Shown: positions 1-9,671 of the stretch, piece after piece
Layout of the letters: every line of letters starts with the position of its first letter
Numbering within the stretch: position 1 is the first letter of the stretch
Assembly: GCA_012862495.1 (NCBI GenBank)
Contig: BLSG01000275.1
Location: 67,297 to 128,970, forward strand
Length of the DNA stretch: 61,674 nucleotides
Source of the DNA: Thraustochytrium aureum
Lineage: Eukaryota
Reading direction: 5' to 3'
The notes under the pieces: model-generated
What the model saw: only the letters and a program-made list of their open reading frames with translations
Told to the model about the DNA's origin: nothing
Database searches by the model: none
Made by a program: the position numbers and the translations under genes

Positions 1-189
1 GGCAGTGTTCGCTACAACTGCATCGGTGTTACAGGGGTTGGTGCGCTGGCCGAAGTGGTGGACTACCAGGTTGAAAAGAAACGTCGTGTGATACGTGTTT
101 TGGGTGAAGTAAGCGGAGTGCCGTCAGAGATAGTCGCTCGGATTGAGGCGTTCCTGGGTACAACCGTTCAAATTCGATGCAATCGGTGA
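1..189 (+). CDS. 3' end of a putative RNI-like leucine-rich-repeat protein (partial)
   Basis: Frame 1 is open from the window edge: GSVRYNCIGVTGVGALAEVV...VPSEIVARIEAFLGTTVQIRCNR*. The N-x-I-G-x-x-G-V-x-A-L-A pattern is typical of RNI-like LRRs. Not in the ORF track because it has no start codon. Confidence 0.45.
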   Translation, partial: GSVRYNCIGVTGVGALAEVVDYQVEKKRRVIRVLGEVSGVPSEIVARIEAFLGTTVQIRCNR

Positions 190-554
190 TATCATCTGCG
201 CTGGCCGCTTCTTGGGTGCCCGCACGTGGGCCTGCCGGACGATTGTCGCCTTTTCCCGCCGCTACACGCGCGCGGCGGCGCACTTCAAGCCTTTGACCAA
301 CCCGGGCAACTACGAGGGGGCAGATGTCGAGATCCTGCGGATGGCTCAGAAGCCCTCTCGGGTTGGCGTCCCGTGGGGCAGCTCTCTGAATTGTCTTCTC
401 GGCGTCTCGACGATAAACGAGAAGGCGGCTACGTACCGTAGCCTCCGCCTTGGCAAGTGGTGCTTCGCATCGACGGCCTTGACGCCCCTGTAGCTGCTGC
501 TCCGACAACAGACCCTGCTTACACCAATCTTGCTCGCGCGAGTAAGGCGGGTCG

Positions 555-870
555 CGCCGTGGCGCTTCGCGAAGCTGAAGAGAACAACAAACGTGCATAA
601 CATGACGCTCTCCGGCGATGCCTTTCTGCCTTTCGTGATTCAAGCCACTGGTGGCTAGGGCTCGCTCGCCAGCGGCTCGTGCCTCTACATAGTTGCTTGG
701 GCCAACTACTTTTGCATCGCGAGTGATCGTCCCCAAGTACGTCACGGACGTTTCGTGTCACCATTCGCCACCTTCCGACTTTTGGTTGGCATCGATCCGG
801 TTCCTGCGGCGCGAGACTGGTCTGAGGCTCTTCAGCGCGCGGCTCCGTCGCGCCGCGCAAAGACGTCCTA
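555..870 (+). repeat. Dispersed repeat, copy A (homologous to ~29430-29765)
   Basis: Exact 22-mer GGGCTCGCTCGCCAGCGGCTCG at 658-679 and 29509-29530. TTCAAGCCACT at 639-649 and 29490-29500. Further collinear blocks GTTGC.TG.GCCAACTAC, AGTGATCG, TCGTGTCA and CTCT.CAGCGCGC..CTCCGT. Ends are approximate. Confidence 0.7.
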
Positions 871-1479
871 GTCAGTTAAAAAGCGAGCGTGTACCAGTAA
901 CACCAACCATCATGCGGTGGGTAGGAAGTCGCCTACGTACACTCGCCACTGGCAGGCCCTGTTGTTCTGAACTGATTCGAAGCACGCCCGGCCACGTGCC
1001 GAACGCGCCCGAACGCGGCAGACCCGTCGCACGGCCTCCGAGACATGCGCGGCCCAGTCGCGAGCACGCGTTCCTCGCCGCGAAACAGGACCCCTTGGTG
1101 ACGAAGCAGTTCGAAGGCTCTTTCGAAACAAGCCGTGCCCCGTGACGTGGGTGCTTGCGCACCGCCGGCCAAAGAGCAGTGGTCGTGAAACGAGTCCTTC
1201 CTTCCCGCACTGCTTCTTTCGCACGTACTTACTTACGCACAATTCTTCGTGGAACGCAGCAGACCGCGTTTAGTTTGCCGCCATCGCTGCGGGCACGGAC
1301 TAGCGCACTTGCTCGCGGTGCGGCGCGGGCGCCGGACTTGTCCTGGCGGTTTGCAAGGGCCAGCGACGACTCGGGGTGGCCGCCATCGGGGCATTCTCTC
1401 GCTCTTTCGTCCTTCGCCGTGGTCCGGGTTTGCACGGCGGGCGGAGCGCGAGCGCCTGGCGGGGGCCCCGGGCGTGGAG

Positions 1480-2751
1480 ATGGCCTTGGTGGATGGTGGA
1501 ATCGACGCCGTGGACGAGGTCGCCGACAGGATCGCCCAGGCGAGGCTTGAAGGTGAAGAAGGGCCGAACAAGGGCAACAGCAAGCAAGAGGATGGCGCAG
1601 CTCGGGGCGACAGCGACAACGCTGGCGGCGCCGCCCCGAGCGTCGAACAGGACGAAGAGCAGCAGGCGGCGGGCTCGGCTGCGCCACGAGAGACCCTGGT
1701 GTTTTGCTGCAAGCGGTGCAGGTGCTTGCTGTTCTCGCAAGAGCAGCTCACGGACCAACATAGCGCGGGGAGACACAGCTTTTCGTACCGGCGCATGGCA
1801 AAGGAGTCTCAGGGCCCGAGACAGTCACCGAGGGCAGCACGGCGCTCCCCGCGTGGATGGATGCGCCCGAGCCGGCAGGTGGCGAGAGGAGTNNNNNNNN
1901 NNNNNNNNNNNNNNNNNNNNNNNNNNNNNNNNNNNNNNNNNNNNNNNNNNNNNNNNNNNNNNNNNNNNNNNNNNNNNNNNNNNNNNNNNNNNNNNNNNNN
2001 NNNNNNNNNNNNNNNNNNNNNNNNNNNNNNNNNNNNNNNNNNNNNNNNNNNNNNNNNNNNNNNNNNNNNNNNNNNNNNNNNNNNNNNNNNNNNNNNNNNN
2101 NNNNNNNNNNNNNNNNNNNNNNNNNNNNNNNNNNNNNNNNNNNNNNNNNNNNNNNNNNNNNNNNNNNNNNNNNNNNNNNNNNNNNNNNNNNNNNCCTGGA
2201 TCGCGCCAGCCCTGCAGTTTCCGCAAAGCAAGATGGACACGCGAACATGGCTGGTCGACAAGATACCGGAACACGCACAGAGCCCGCACTTGCAGGCCAA
2301 CGATGACGACCATGTCGAGGCTGGTAGCGAGCCCCCAGCCGAAGCTTCCCCCCCTGCGGACGAGTCCATCCAAAGCAAGCGCGCAAGGCTCCACACAGCG
2401 TGGTTAGCTCATACTCAAGCCGGCGACGCGGACGCTGTTGTGGCAATGCTCGACAAAGGTGAGTGCAGCCTCACGACGGTGCAGAAGAGGTGCTTTGACG
2501 GGTTCAAGGCTGTCTCAGCAACACTGCAAAAGTCATCTGGGAATCTGGCGGGTCGAGTCGCCATCGAAGGTGGGCCGGTGGCACTCAGCGAGCCAAGCAC
2601 GAGCACTCGGGTCACGTTTCGTGTAGCGGGAAACAAGGCCCTCTTCGGGGAAACAATTGTCTGGGGTCACGGCACTGATGGGTCTCCGGCGGCGCAGCAT
2701 GTGCTGCGTGTCAAGGACCCGTCAAGTAACTACTTGGCCGGCGGCCGGTGA
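1480..2751 (+). CDS. Yvh1/DUSP12-type zinc-binding domain protein, no phosphatase domain visible (spans gap 1893-2194)
   Basis: LVFCCKRCRCLLF...H before the gap and WIAPALQFPQSKMD after it match the two ends of the DUSP12/Yvh1 C-terminal Zn domain. ATG at 1480, acidic N-terminus. Confidence 0.7.
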   Translation: MALVDGGIDAVDEVADRIAQARLEGEEGPNKGNSKQEDGAARGDSDNAGGAAPSVEQDEEQQAAGSAAPRETLVFCCKRCRCLLFSQEQLTDQHSAGRHSFSYRRMAKESQGPRQSPRAARRSPRGWMRPSRQVARGXXXXXXXXXXXXXXXXXXXXXXXXXXXXXXXXXXXXXXXXXXXXXXXXXXXXXXXXXXXXXXXXXXXXXXXXXXXXXXXXXXXXXXXXXXXXXXXXXXXXXXWIAPALQFPQSKMDTRTWLVDKIPEHAQSPHLQANDDDHVEAGSEPPAEASPPADESIQSKRARLHTAWLAHTQAGDADAVVAMLDKGECSLTTVQKRCFDGFKAVSATLQKSSGNLAGRVAIEGGPVALSEPSTSTRVTFRVAGNKALFGETIVWGHGTDGSPAAQHVLRVKDPSSNYLAGGR

Positions 2752-3004
2752 TTGCGTTGAGCGCTGCGGCAGCCGTCGGGCCGGCGGCCAGCGCTTGCAT
2801 TGAGCATTGTAGCACAAGGTACTGCTTGTTTCATTTCTCATTTGTTTTTGGCTCGGAACAACCGTCACAGCTGCGGCCGGCCACCCATGCAAGTAGAGCT
2901 TGCGACAGCCCGACTCGCGAGAGAAAAATGAATCAACGTTCTGCGAGGAAGGGAATTGAAAAGCGAGCGAATATGATTTGGTGCAGAGTCCCCCAACCGG
3001 GCGC

Positions 3005-4136
3005 CTACTCGTCGTCCTCCTCCTCCTCGCTCTCCTCGTCCGAAGCAGCATCAAGAGCGGCGATCTTGTCGCGCTTGGCCTGGACGGACGCGTCGCGCTC
3101 CTCCTTGGTCTTGCGAGCCGGGTGCTTCCACTTCTTCTCGTGCGCGACGGCGGCGCGGCGCTCCTTGGCCGACTTTTCGTGCTTGGGCGCCGGGTTGGCG
3201 CGGATGGCCTTGTGCACCTCGAGGTACATCTGCTCGAGGTCGTCGGCGCCAACGCCGGCCTTGACGTACGAGCCGAACTGCTCTTCGAGGCGCTTGGTGC
3301 CAGACTCCTCGTCTTCCTGCTCGAGGAAGCGCATGTACTCAGCAATGGGCTCGCCAAAGATCTGGTCCTTGTGCGCAGAGGCGTCGTACTCCTTCTCGTC
3401 GACGTCGTAGCCAGGGAACTTTTTGTGGTTGTGCGGGATGTCGAGGCCAGCGTCTGAGGCGCCCTTGAGCGCGCCAAAGACCTTGGCGCCGAGGCTGGTG
3501 CGCGCGAGACCGACGTCGAGGTTGACGCGGAGCGGGCGGCGGTTGTCGTCGAGCTCGTCAACGAAGAAGGTCTTCTTACCGAACGAGACAGACACGATCT
3601 CACCGGTGACCTCGTCCTCCTCATCGTTACCGACACCGGTGTACTGCTCAAAGAGGCCGACGTTCTTCAGCGCACGGCGGCCCACAAGGAGCCCGGTGCA
3701 GTAGGCGGCGGGGTAGTTCTTGAACCCGGCCTTGAGGCCAAAGTCCTTGAGCTCGCGGGAGTCGGCGTAGGCGAGCACCTTGTCGCCGGCCATGGTCGCG
3801 TACACGACCATGCAGATGATGCGGGTGCCGGTTGCGCGCACGACCAGGCGGTACTTGGGCGAGGCATACTTGTTCTTGGCCTGGATCGTCAGCTTCTTGC
3901 GCTGGTAGTAGTCGGTCTTACCCGCGCGGCGGCGGCGGTACTTGACCTGCACTCATCACGGCCGTGCACTCGCCCGTTAGCGCGCAATCCAGCCTGCAAG
4001 CGTGCGAGCAACCCTGCCCGGCCGGCGTCGCCGCGCCAACCCCGAAGCCGCACAACCAGCCATGCCAGCACCACAATCAACGCACCTGAAACCGCTTGAA
4101 GTACGGCTTGTCCTTCTGGATCTTGACGAACGGCAT
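3005..4136 (-). CDS. RPL5: 60S ribosomal protein L5 (uL18); exons 4136-4086 and 3946-3005
   Basis: MPFVKIQKDKPYFKRFQ|VKYRRRRAGKTDYYQR...NYPAAYCTGLL...GALKGASDAGLDIPH, canonical eukaryotic L5. Confidence 0.97.
3947..4085 (-). other. 139-nt GT-AG intron of RPL5
   Basis: CAG|GTGCGT ... GTGCAG|GTC; splicing restores the conserved RFQVKYRRRR. Confidence 0.92.
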
Positions 4137-4154
4137 CTTGCCTGGCTGCACACG

Positions 4155-4200
4155 CTGCTGCTCCTGCTGCTCCTGCTCCTGCTCCTGCTCCTGCTGCTCT
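4155..4200. repeat. (CTGCTC)n microsatellite in the RPL5 5' leader
   Basis: gctgctgctcctgctgctcctgctcctgctcctgctcctgctgctc. Confidence 0.8.
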
Positions 4201-4518
4201 GGCCCCGCTGATGGTCTGTTCTGTCCTCGCTCGCTCGCCATGTGCTCCACCACCACTCGCAAACCCTCCTCCCCAACGACAGTGGCAAACTATCCTCGAA
4301 AAGCCCTCTGGAAACAGAGAACACCCTCGATGCACCCTCACTCTGCCACCATCGCCACACGATGCGCAACCCGCTAAATGCCACAGAGGGCCAGGGTTAG
4401 GGCGGCGTCACGGGTTTCGCGGAGTGACGTGCGCACGGCGGGGAGAACGTGTCGCGGGTGTCACAGGGAGGCCTCCAGCGACACAGTTGCTGGGGTGGGG
4501 GAGACAGGGGACGTGTGG

Positions 4519-4668
4519 TGACGCGGTGAGTGCCAGTTACGTCACGTGTGGTGGGTTGATGACGCGGTGAGTGCCAGACGCGTCACGTGAGGTGGGTTGA
4601 TGACGCGGTCCGTGCCAGTCGCGTCACGTGTGGTGGGTTGATGACGCGGTGCTCGACTCTCGCGTCAC
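4519..4668. repeat. 41-bp minisatellite (~3.6 units) in the divergent promoter between RPL5 and the next gene
   Basis: TGACGCGG recurs at 4519, 4560, 4601 and 4642. Unit TGACGCGGTGAGTGCCAGACGCGTCACGTGTGGTGGGTTGA contains a TGACG(CG)...(CG)CGTCA inverted repeat and CACGTG. Confidence 0.9.
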
Positions 4669-4808
4669 GGAAGCTGGCCCGATGACGAGCGACGTTTAAC
4701 GGATCGATTGGCGTCAGAGGGAATTCCTTGCTCTGATTGCCGCGCTCGCGAGGACAGACACGGCTGACCGGGTCGCACGCGCGGCGCGGGCGGCTAGGCA
4801 CCGCTGTG

Positions 4809-4845
<37 letters not shown>

Positions 4846-4867
4846 GCCCGGTCTGGCTGGCCTGCCA

Positions 4868-7800
4868 ATGAGCGGCCCTCGGCAAGGTCCTGGCCAGGCC
4901 GTCGCAGCGGGTGTCTTTTTCGGCGCAGCGCTCGACCCCAACAAGCTGCGAAAGGCTCGCAAGCGGCGCGCTCGAGCCGGCCTGGTGGACGCTGGAGCGA
5001 AGGACGACGCTGGCGAGACGCGCGCGAAGCTGCTGCCGAGGATCCCGGTGAGCAATAATGAGGACGGTGCAGAGGTGGTAGGCCTGGGCGAGGGCAAACG
5101 GCGGCTTGACAGAATACGCATCTGCGAGTCGATCGTGCATGTCGGCGCCGTGAGGAGCGTCGGCGGGGCAGGGAAGAAGAGGCGCCAAAGCAAGGCTGCT
5201 GCTGCTGCTCCTGCNNNNNNNNNNNNNNNNNNNNNNNNNNNNNNNNNNNNNNNNNNNNNNNNNNNNNNNNNNNNNNNNNNNNNNNNNNNNNNNNNNNNNN
5301 NNNNNNNNNNNNNNNNNNNNNNNNNNNNNNNNNNNNNNNNNNNNNNNNNNNNNNNNNNNNNNNNNNNNNNNNNNNNNNNNNNNNNNNNNNNNNNNNNNNN
5401 NNNNNNNNNNNNNNNNNNNNNNNNNNNNNNNNGCTATTGCTACTGCGCAGCGGCGAGCCTGCGAGACGAAAAAGTGCGCAAGTGCGGAGACCGGTGGCGA
5501 TGTCGTCAGTGGCCCAAGGTGTGCCTCTCCCGTCACAGCGCGGGCTAGAGATCAAACAGGCGCGACGGGGCCAGCCGGGCCTCCCAGCGACGAAATGGAA
5601 GGCGAGCGCCCGCCAAGTCGCGGCGACCGGGGCGGCGGCGGCAAGACAATCGTGTCAACCACAACAACTGCGCACAGCAGCATCAGCGGCCTTGGTCGAG
5701 GCCGCGTCGCTGCACTGCCCGAAATCGACGTCCAAGTCGTGCTTCGACACCGCGCCGTCTTGAACGAGCTTGGCGAGTTACAAGTCGTCCCAGAGCAGCG
5801 GTACGCGCTTTTCGAGCGCCCCGCAGACCCGGGTGTCTCCCCGCTCAGACTCATCCTCTTACGGCAGGCAGCCGACCAAGAGCGGCCCATGATGCCCTGT
5901 ACAAACGTAAACTATTTGATCGACAATGTCGATCACAAGCACGGGTACGAAGAGCCCATCCGCGACCGTGACAAAGACTGGCGCGAGCTGTTGTGGACGA
6001 CGATCGCGCCGTCCCTGAGCAAGAGCCGGCATGGAGCAATACAGGGCCGACAGTCCCGGCCGGCGCCTTTGATTTCGTGGTGCTCCGGCGCGACCTCGCA
6101 AGCAAGACCAGCGACAGCGCAAGGCTGGGGGCTGCTGGACTCGGAGGACGACGCTGTGCCAGGAGCGCAAGCCGCGCAGCCTCGCTGCCCGTTGGCGGCC
6201 ACGGCTGGGCTTGGCGGAACTGAAGCCCCGGAGCTCGCCGGGCCAGCCAGTCCAGAAGCATGCTCGCCTTCGTCACCGGCGCCCCCGGCAGCAGTTGCAG
6301 AGCCCGCCGCCCGGAAAATATTCGTCGACGGCGCCTTGGTGAACAAGCTGTTGATTTTGCGGCGGGGCGCACGGTTTGGCGAGAACGGTATGGTCATTTC
6401 AGTATTTGGCGTGGGCATCGCCGGGCGCGTGTACATGGAAAAGCACCGGTTCCCACGTCACCTGCGGATTGAGGCGTACTCGCCGCGACTCCAACAGGGT
6501 TTGACCTTCGCATCGACCTGCCCGAGCTGAAAGAGCTCGTCAGCGAAGTCCCGCACCTCCTCAACCCGGGATACAAGCGCGAGCTGTGCCAGCACATTCT
6601 CGGGATGGTGTGGCTCGACGAGGAGGCACAGCAGCTACACGTCGCCAAGCACCTCCCGAGGCGAGCGCTGACGGCGCTCGAGCGGCGTGAGCGGCGCTCG
6701 CTCGCCAGAGAGCGGAGGTCGGAGCTGCTGGCGCAGATCTCCAAGGCCAGCGTGGCCCCGGGCGGGCAAGCCGGGGCCGCCCTCGGTCACGGCGCTGGCG
6801 TCTGTGCCGGGGTTGGCGCAGGCGGGCGCCGAGGCCGGCCGTGGCTCCGTTTGCAAGGGCTCATATTCTCGGTCGGTCGCACGCTGAGCGGGTTCACCGT
6901 GATCGTGACAGTCCACACGCAGCCGCGCAAGCCGTCGACGTACGTAGTTCGCGCCTACGACCAGGAGACCAGTCGGTTCTTCGAAATCCTCGTGAGCACG
7001 CGCGAGCTGGCGTCGCTGGTTCGGGACCGCAAGGACCCGGAGCTCTGGGACCGGGCTCGGCGCAAGGCCAACTGCGAAGCGCTCGTGCTCGGCCACCTCT
7101 CCTGAGGCTCGTTGGGCCCAACGAGATGGCGCTCGCTGTCGGCGGGCGGCTCGGCCTGGCCGCGCCGGGTCTCTCAAGACCGGCCGCGACCGCCGCAAGG
7201 CGATAACGGACGACGGCGCCGCGATGCGCTCGGCGCAGAGCGTAGCTGCGCTGGAGCTCTTGGCGGCGCAGGCGACAGGATACAGGGTGCAGCGCGGCGG
7301 CCTGCTGTTTGGGCGGCGCGGGGGCCAGATTCTGAGCGCCAAAGTGGCGCGGCGCGATATTGGCAAGGGGCTTTTGCTGTTTCGGGGCGTGCGGCGCGTT
7401 TCGCAGCGCGCTTGCATTGTGACCTGCTATTTTATGCGAAGTCAGCTCACCATGGTCGTGCACGTGCTTGACAACAGCGTCTCGCACGCCATGCGCCTCC
7501 CGTTCAAGGACCTCGAGGTACTGCTCAAGTCAGAGGCGCAGGCCGCGCAGCTGACCGCGCTGCGCCGCTCGCCTTCGCGGGGTCCTGGCGCAGCCGACCT
7601 CTGCGACCTCCTTCTCGCGGAGCGGGTGCGCCTCGAGCAGACGACCCTCGGCAAGCCGTTTCTGGACAGGACCATCTACTGCCGCGGACACAAGTTGCGC
7701 GACCTCCGCGTCGCGGAGACTGCCCAAGGTGCGCCGGCGCGGCGCCCTGTGGCGTACTGCCTCGTTTCGGTGGAGCAGGGCGCCGACTGGCTGCGATTTT

Positions 7801-8045
7801 GTGTGTACGAGCGTTCGTCGAGCCTGACGTCAACGCTAGAGTTGGAGCGGGCGGAAGCTGCCGAGATGGTTGCCGAGTTTGCCGAGCTTTCGCTGCTCGA
7901 GCGTGAGGTGCAGCTTTCCGTGCTCGTCTCGACCCTTGCGCTTTCTCACGCCGCGGGCTCCATGCAGACTGTGTTGCGATTTGTGGACGATGACGATGGC
8001 CTGGACGGGCACGATCAGCTTGATCAGGACCAGGATGACATGTAA
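4868..8045 (+). CDS. Large hypothetical protein with four C-terminal ~80-aa repeats; gap 5215-5432; frameshifts near 6508, 7100 and 7185
   Basis: ORFs 4868-, 5433/5595-6530, 6605-7105 and 7224-8045 join by single-base shifts into continuous protein-like sequence (e.g. ...GLTF/RIDLPELKELVSEVPHLLNPG...). Confidence 0.6.
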
Positions 8046-9019
8046 AACCTTACAACTGCGCTTTGCATCCATTCATTCATCTTGCGGGCCGATCAGAAAG
8101 TGTCGAGTCAACCCTGGGTTGACCCTCGCGTTGTGGATCTGTCTGACTCTGAGGAGTCGAATCCCTCCTGCTGTTGTTTCTGGCGAAATTGCGCCGTATT
8201 GCGCCGTATAGCTAGCTACGTAGTAGCGCCTGAGCTCCTTGGCCGGGCTTGTGGCAAGCTCAAGCACTTGTGAGCTCGTGGCACTTCAAAGTCCGAGACC
8301 GCCTGCCAGTGGTGAGGTTGGTTGGATCCAAGGTGGCCCAAAGGGTCATTGTTCGTTGGTTGCGAGCCAGCACCAAAGCCAGCATCCCCTGCAAAGTCTT
8401 GATTTTGGCCAACCACGCCAACTTGAACACGAAATCCTCTGCAGACTCTTGAGCTGCTGCTCTGAGATGGCCTCCGCCCTCCTGGCCTACTCTATTGCGA
8501 CCAGTCAAAAGAGGGAGGGCGACCTGTAAGGTACTCTATCTGGCTGGCACGTGCCCAGTGTGCACGCCTGATCCACTTTCGATCGTCCACTCACTAGGAA
8601 GCACCCAAGCCGGATCCTCCTTGTGTCCAGCCAGAGTGGATCTCGGCAGGCAACTCTGCAGCTCCTAGCTGGCGATTGATTGTACAGTAGGTAGGTAGTA
8701 GTAGGAAGTAGAAGCCTCTGGCTGGCGATTGTAGACTCGGAGGAGCACCTACTCTAGTACATCAGGGAGGGTCTTACTGGCTTACCCAAAGGAGTGGAGC
8801 GAGCAAGTACCACCACCGCAAGCGTCTGCCGTGGCCCTTGCTTCCTCAAGCAACTCGATCAACCTCACACGTGCGTTCTTCGCCCATAAGAGCCTCCACG
8901 ATCCCCAAAGTTGTCCACCATACCAACCCGCGCAGGCAGCCACGCCCACCTCTCCATCCGACGGCGTCCACAAGGAGCGAGCGATCGCGGCGCCGCGTGC
9001 GTGTTCTTCGCGCCGCCGC

Positions 9020-9020
9020 C

Positions 9021-9052
<32 letters not shown>

Positions 9053-9170
9053 CAGGCAGCAGGCAGGCAGCGGCAAGCAGAGGCCTGCCACGCCCAAGTG
9101 CAAGCACGCCCAAGTGCAAGCACACGCAAGGACGCCCGCCTCACTCACTCACTCACTCATTCACTCACGC
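9020..9170. repeat. (CAG)n, (GCAG)n and (CACT)n microsatellites upstream of the giant lectin gene
   Basis: gcagcagcag...ggcaggcag...cactcactcactcactca next to a gap. Confidence 0.8.
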
Positions 9171-9671
9171 GGCACGNNNNNNNNNNNNNNNNNNNNNNNN
9201 NNNNNNNNNNNNNNNNNNNNNNNNNNNNNNNNNNNNNNNNNNNNNNNNNNNNNNNNNNNNNNNNNNNNNNNNNNNNNNNNNNNNNNNNNNNNNNNNNNNN
9301 NNNNNNNNNNNNNNNNNNNNNNNNNNNNNNNNNNNNNNNNNNNNNNNNNNNNNNNNNNNNNNNNNNNNNNNNNNNNNNNNNNNNNNNNNNNNNNNNNNNN
9401 NNNNNNNNNNNNNNNNNNNNNNNNNNNNNNNNNNNNNNNNNNNNNNNNNNNNNNNNNNNNNNNNNNNNNNNNNNNNNNNNNNNNNNNNNNNNNNNNNNNN
9501 NNNNNNNNNNNNNNNNNNNNNNNNNNNNNNNNNNNNNNNNNNNNNNNNNNNNNNNNNNNNNNNNNNNNNNNNNNNNNNNNNNNNNNNNNNNNNNNNNNNN
9601 NNNNNNNNNNNNNNNNNNNNNNNNNNNNNNNNNNNNNNNNNNNNNNNNNNNNNNNNNNNNNNNNNNNNNNG

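Noticed and set aside
143..600. Coding-looking fragment (HFKPLTNPGNYEG; WQVVLRIDGLDAP)
   Set aside because: Broken by stops and shifts with no recognisable family; cannot be supported as a gene or pseudogene.
4519..4668. CRISPR-like appearance of the 41-bp palindromic array
   Set aside because: Units are contiguous and near-identical with no unique spacers, there are no cas genes, and the context is eukaryotic.
8107..8123. GTCAACCC-T-GGGTTGAC hairpin as a terminator
   Set aside because: No U-tract, eukaryotic context, and a single short palindrome may be chance.
8240..8800. Lower-GC intergenic stretch as a transposon relic
   Set aside because: No transposase or RT motifs, TIRs or second copy seen.
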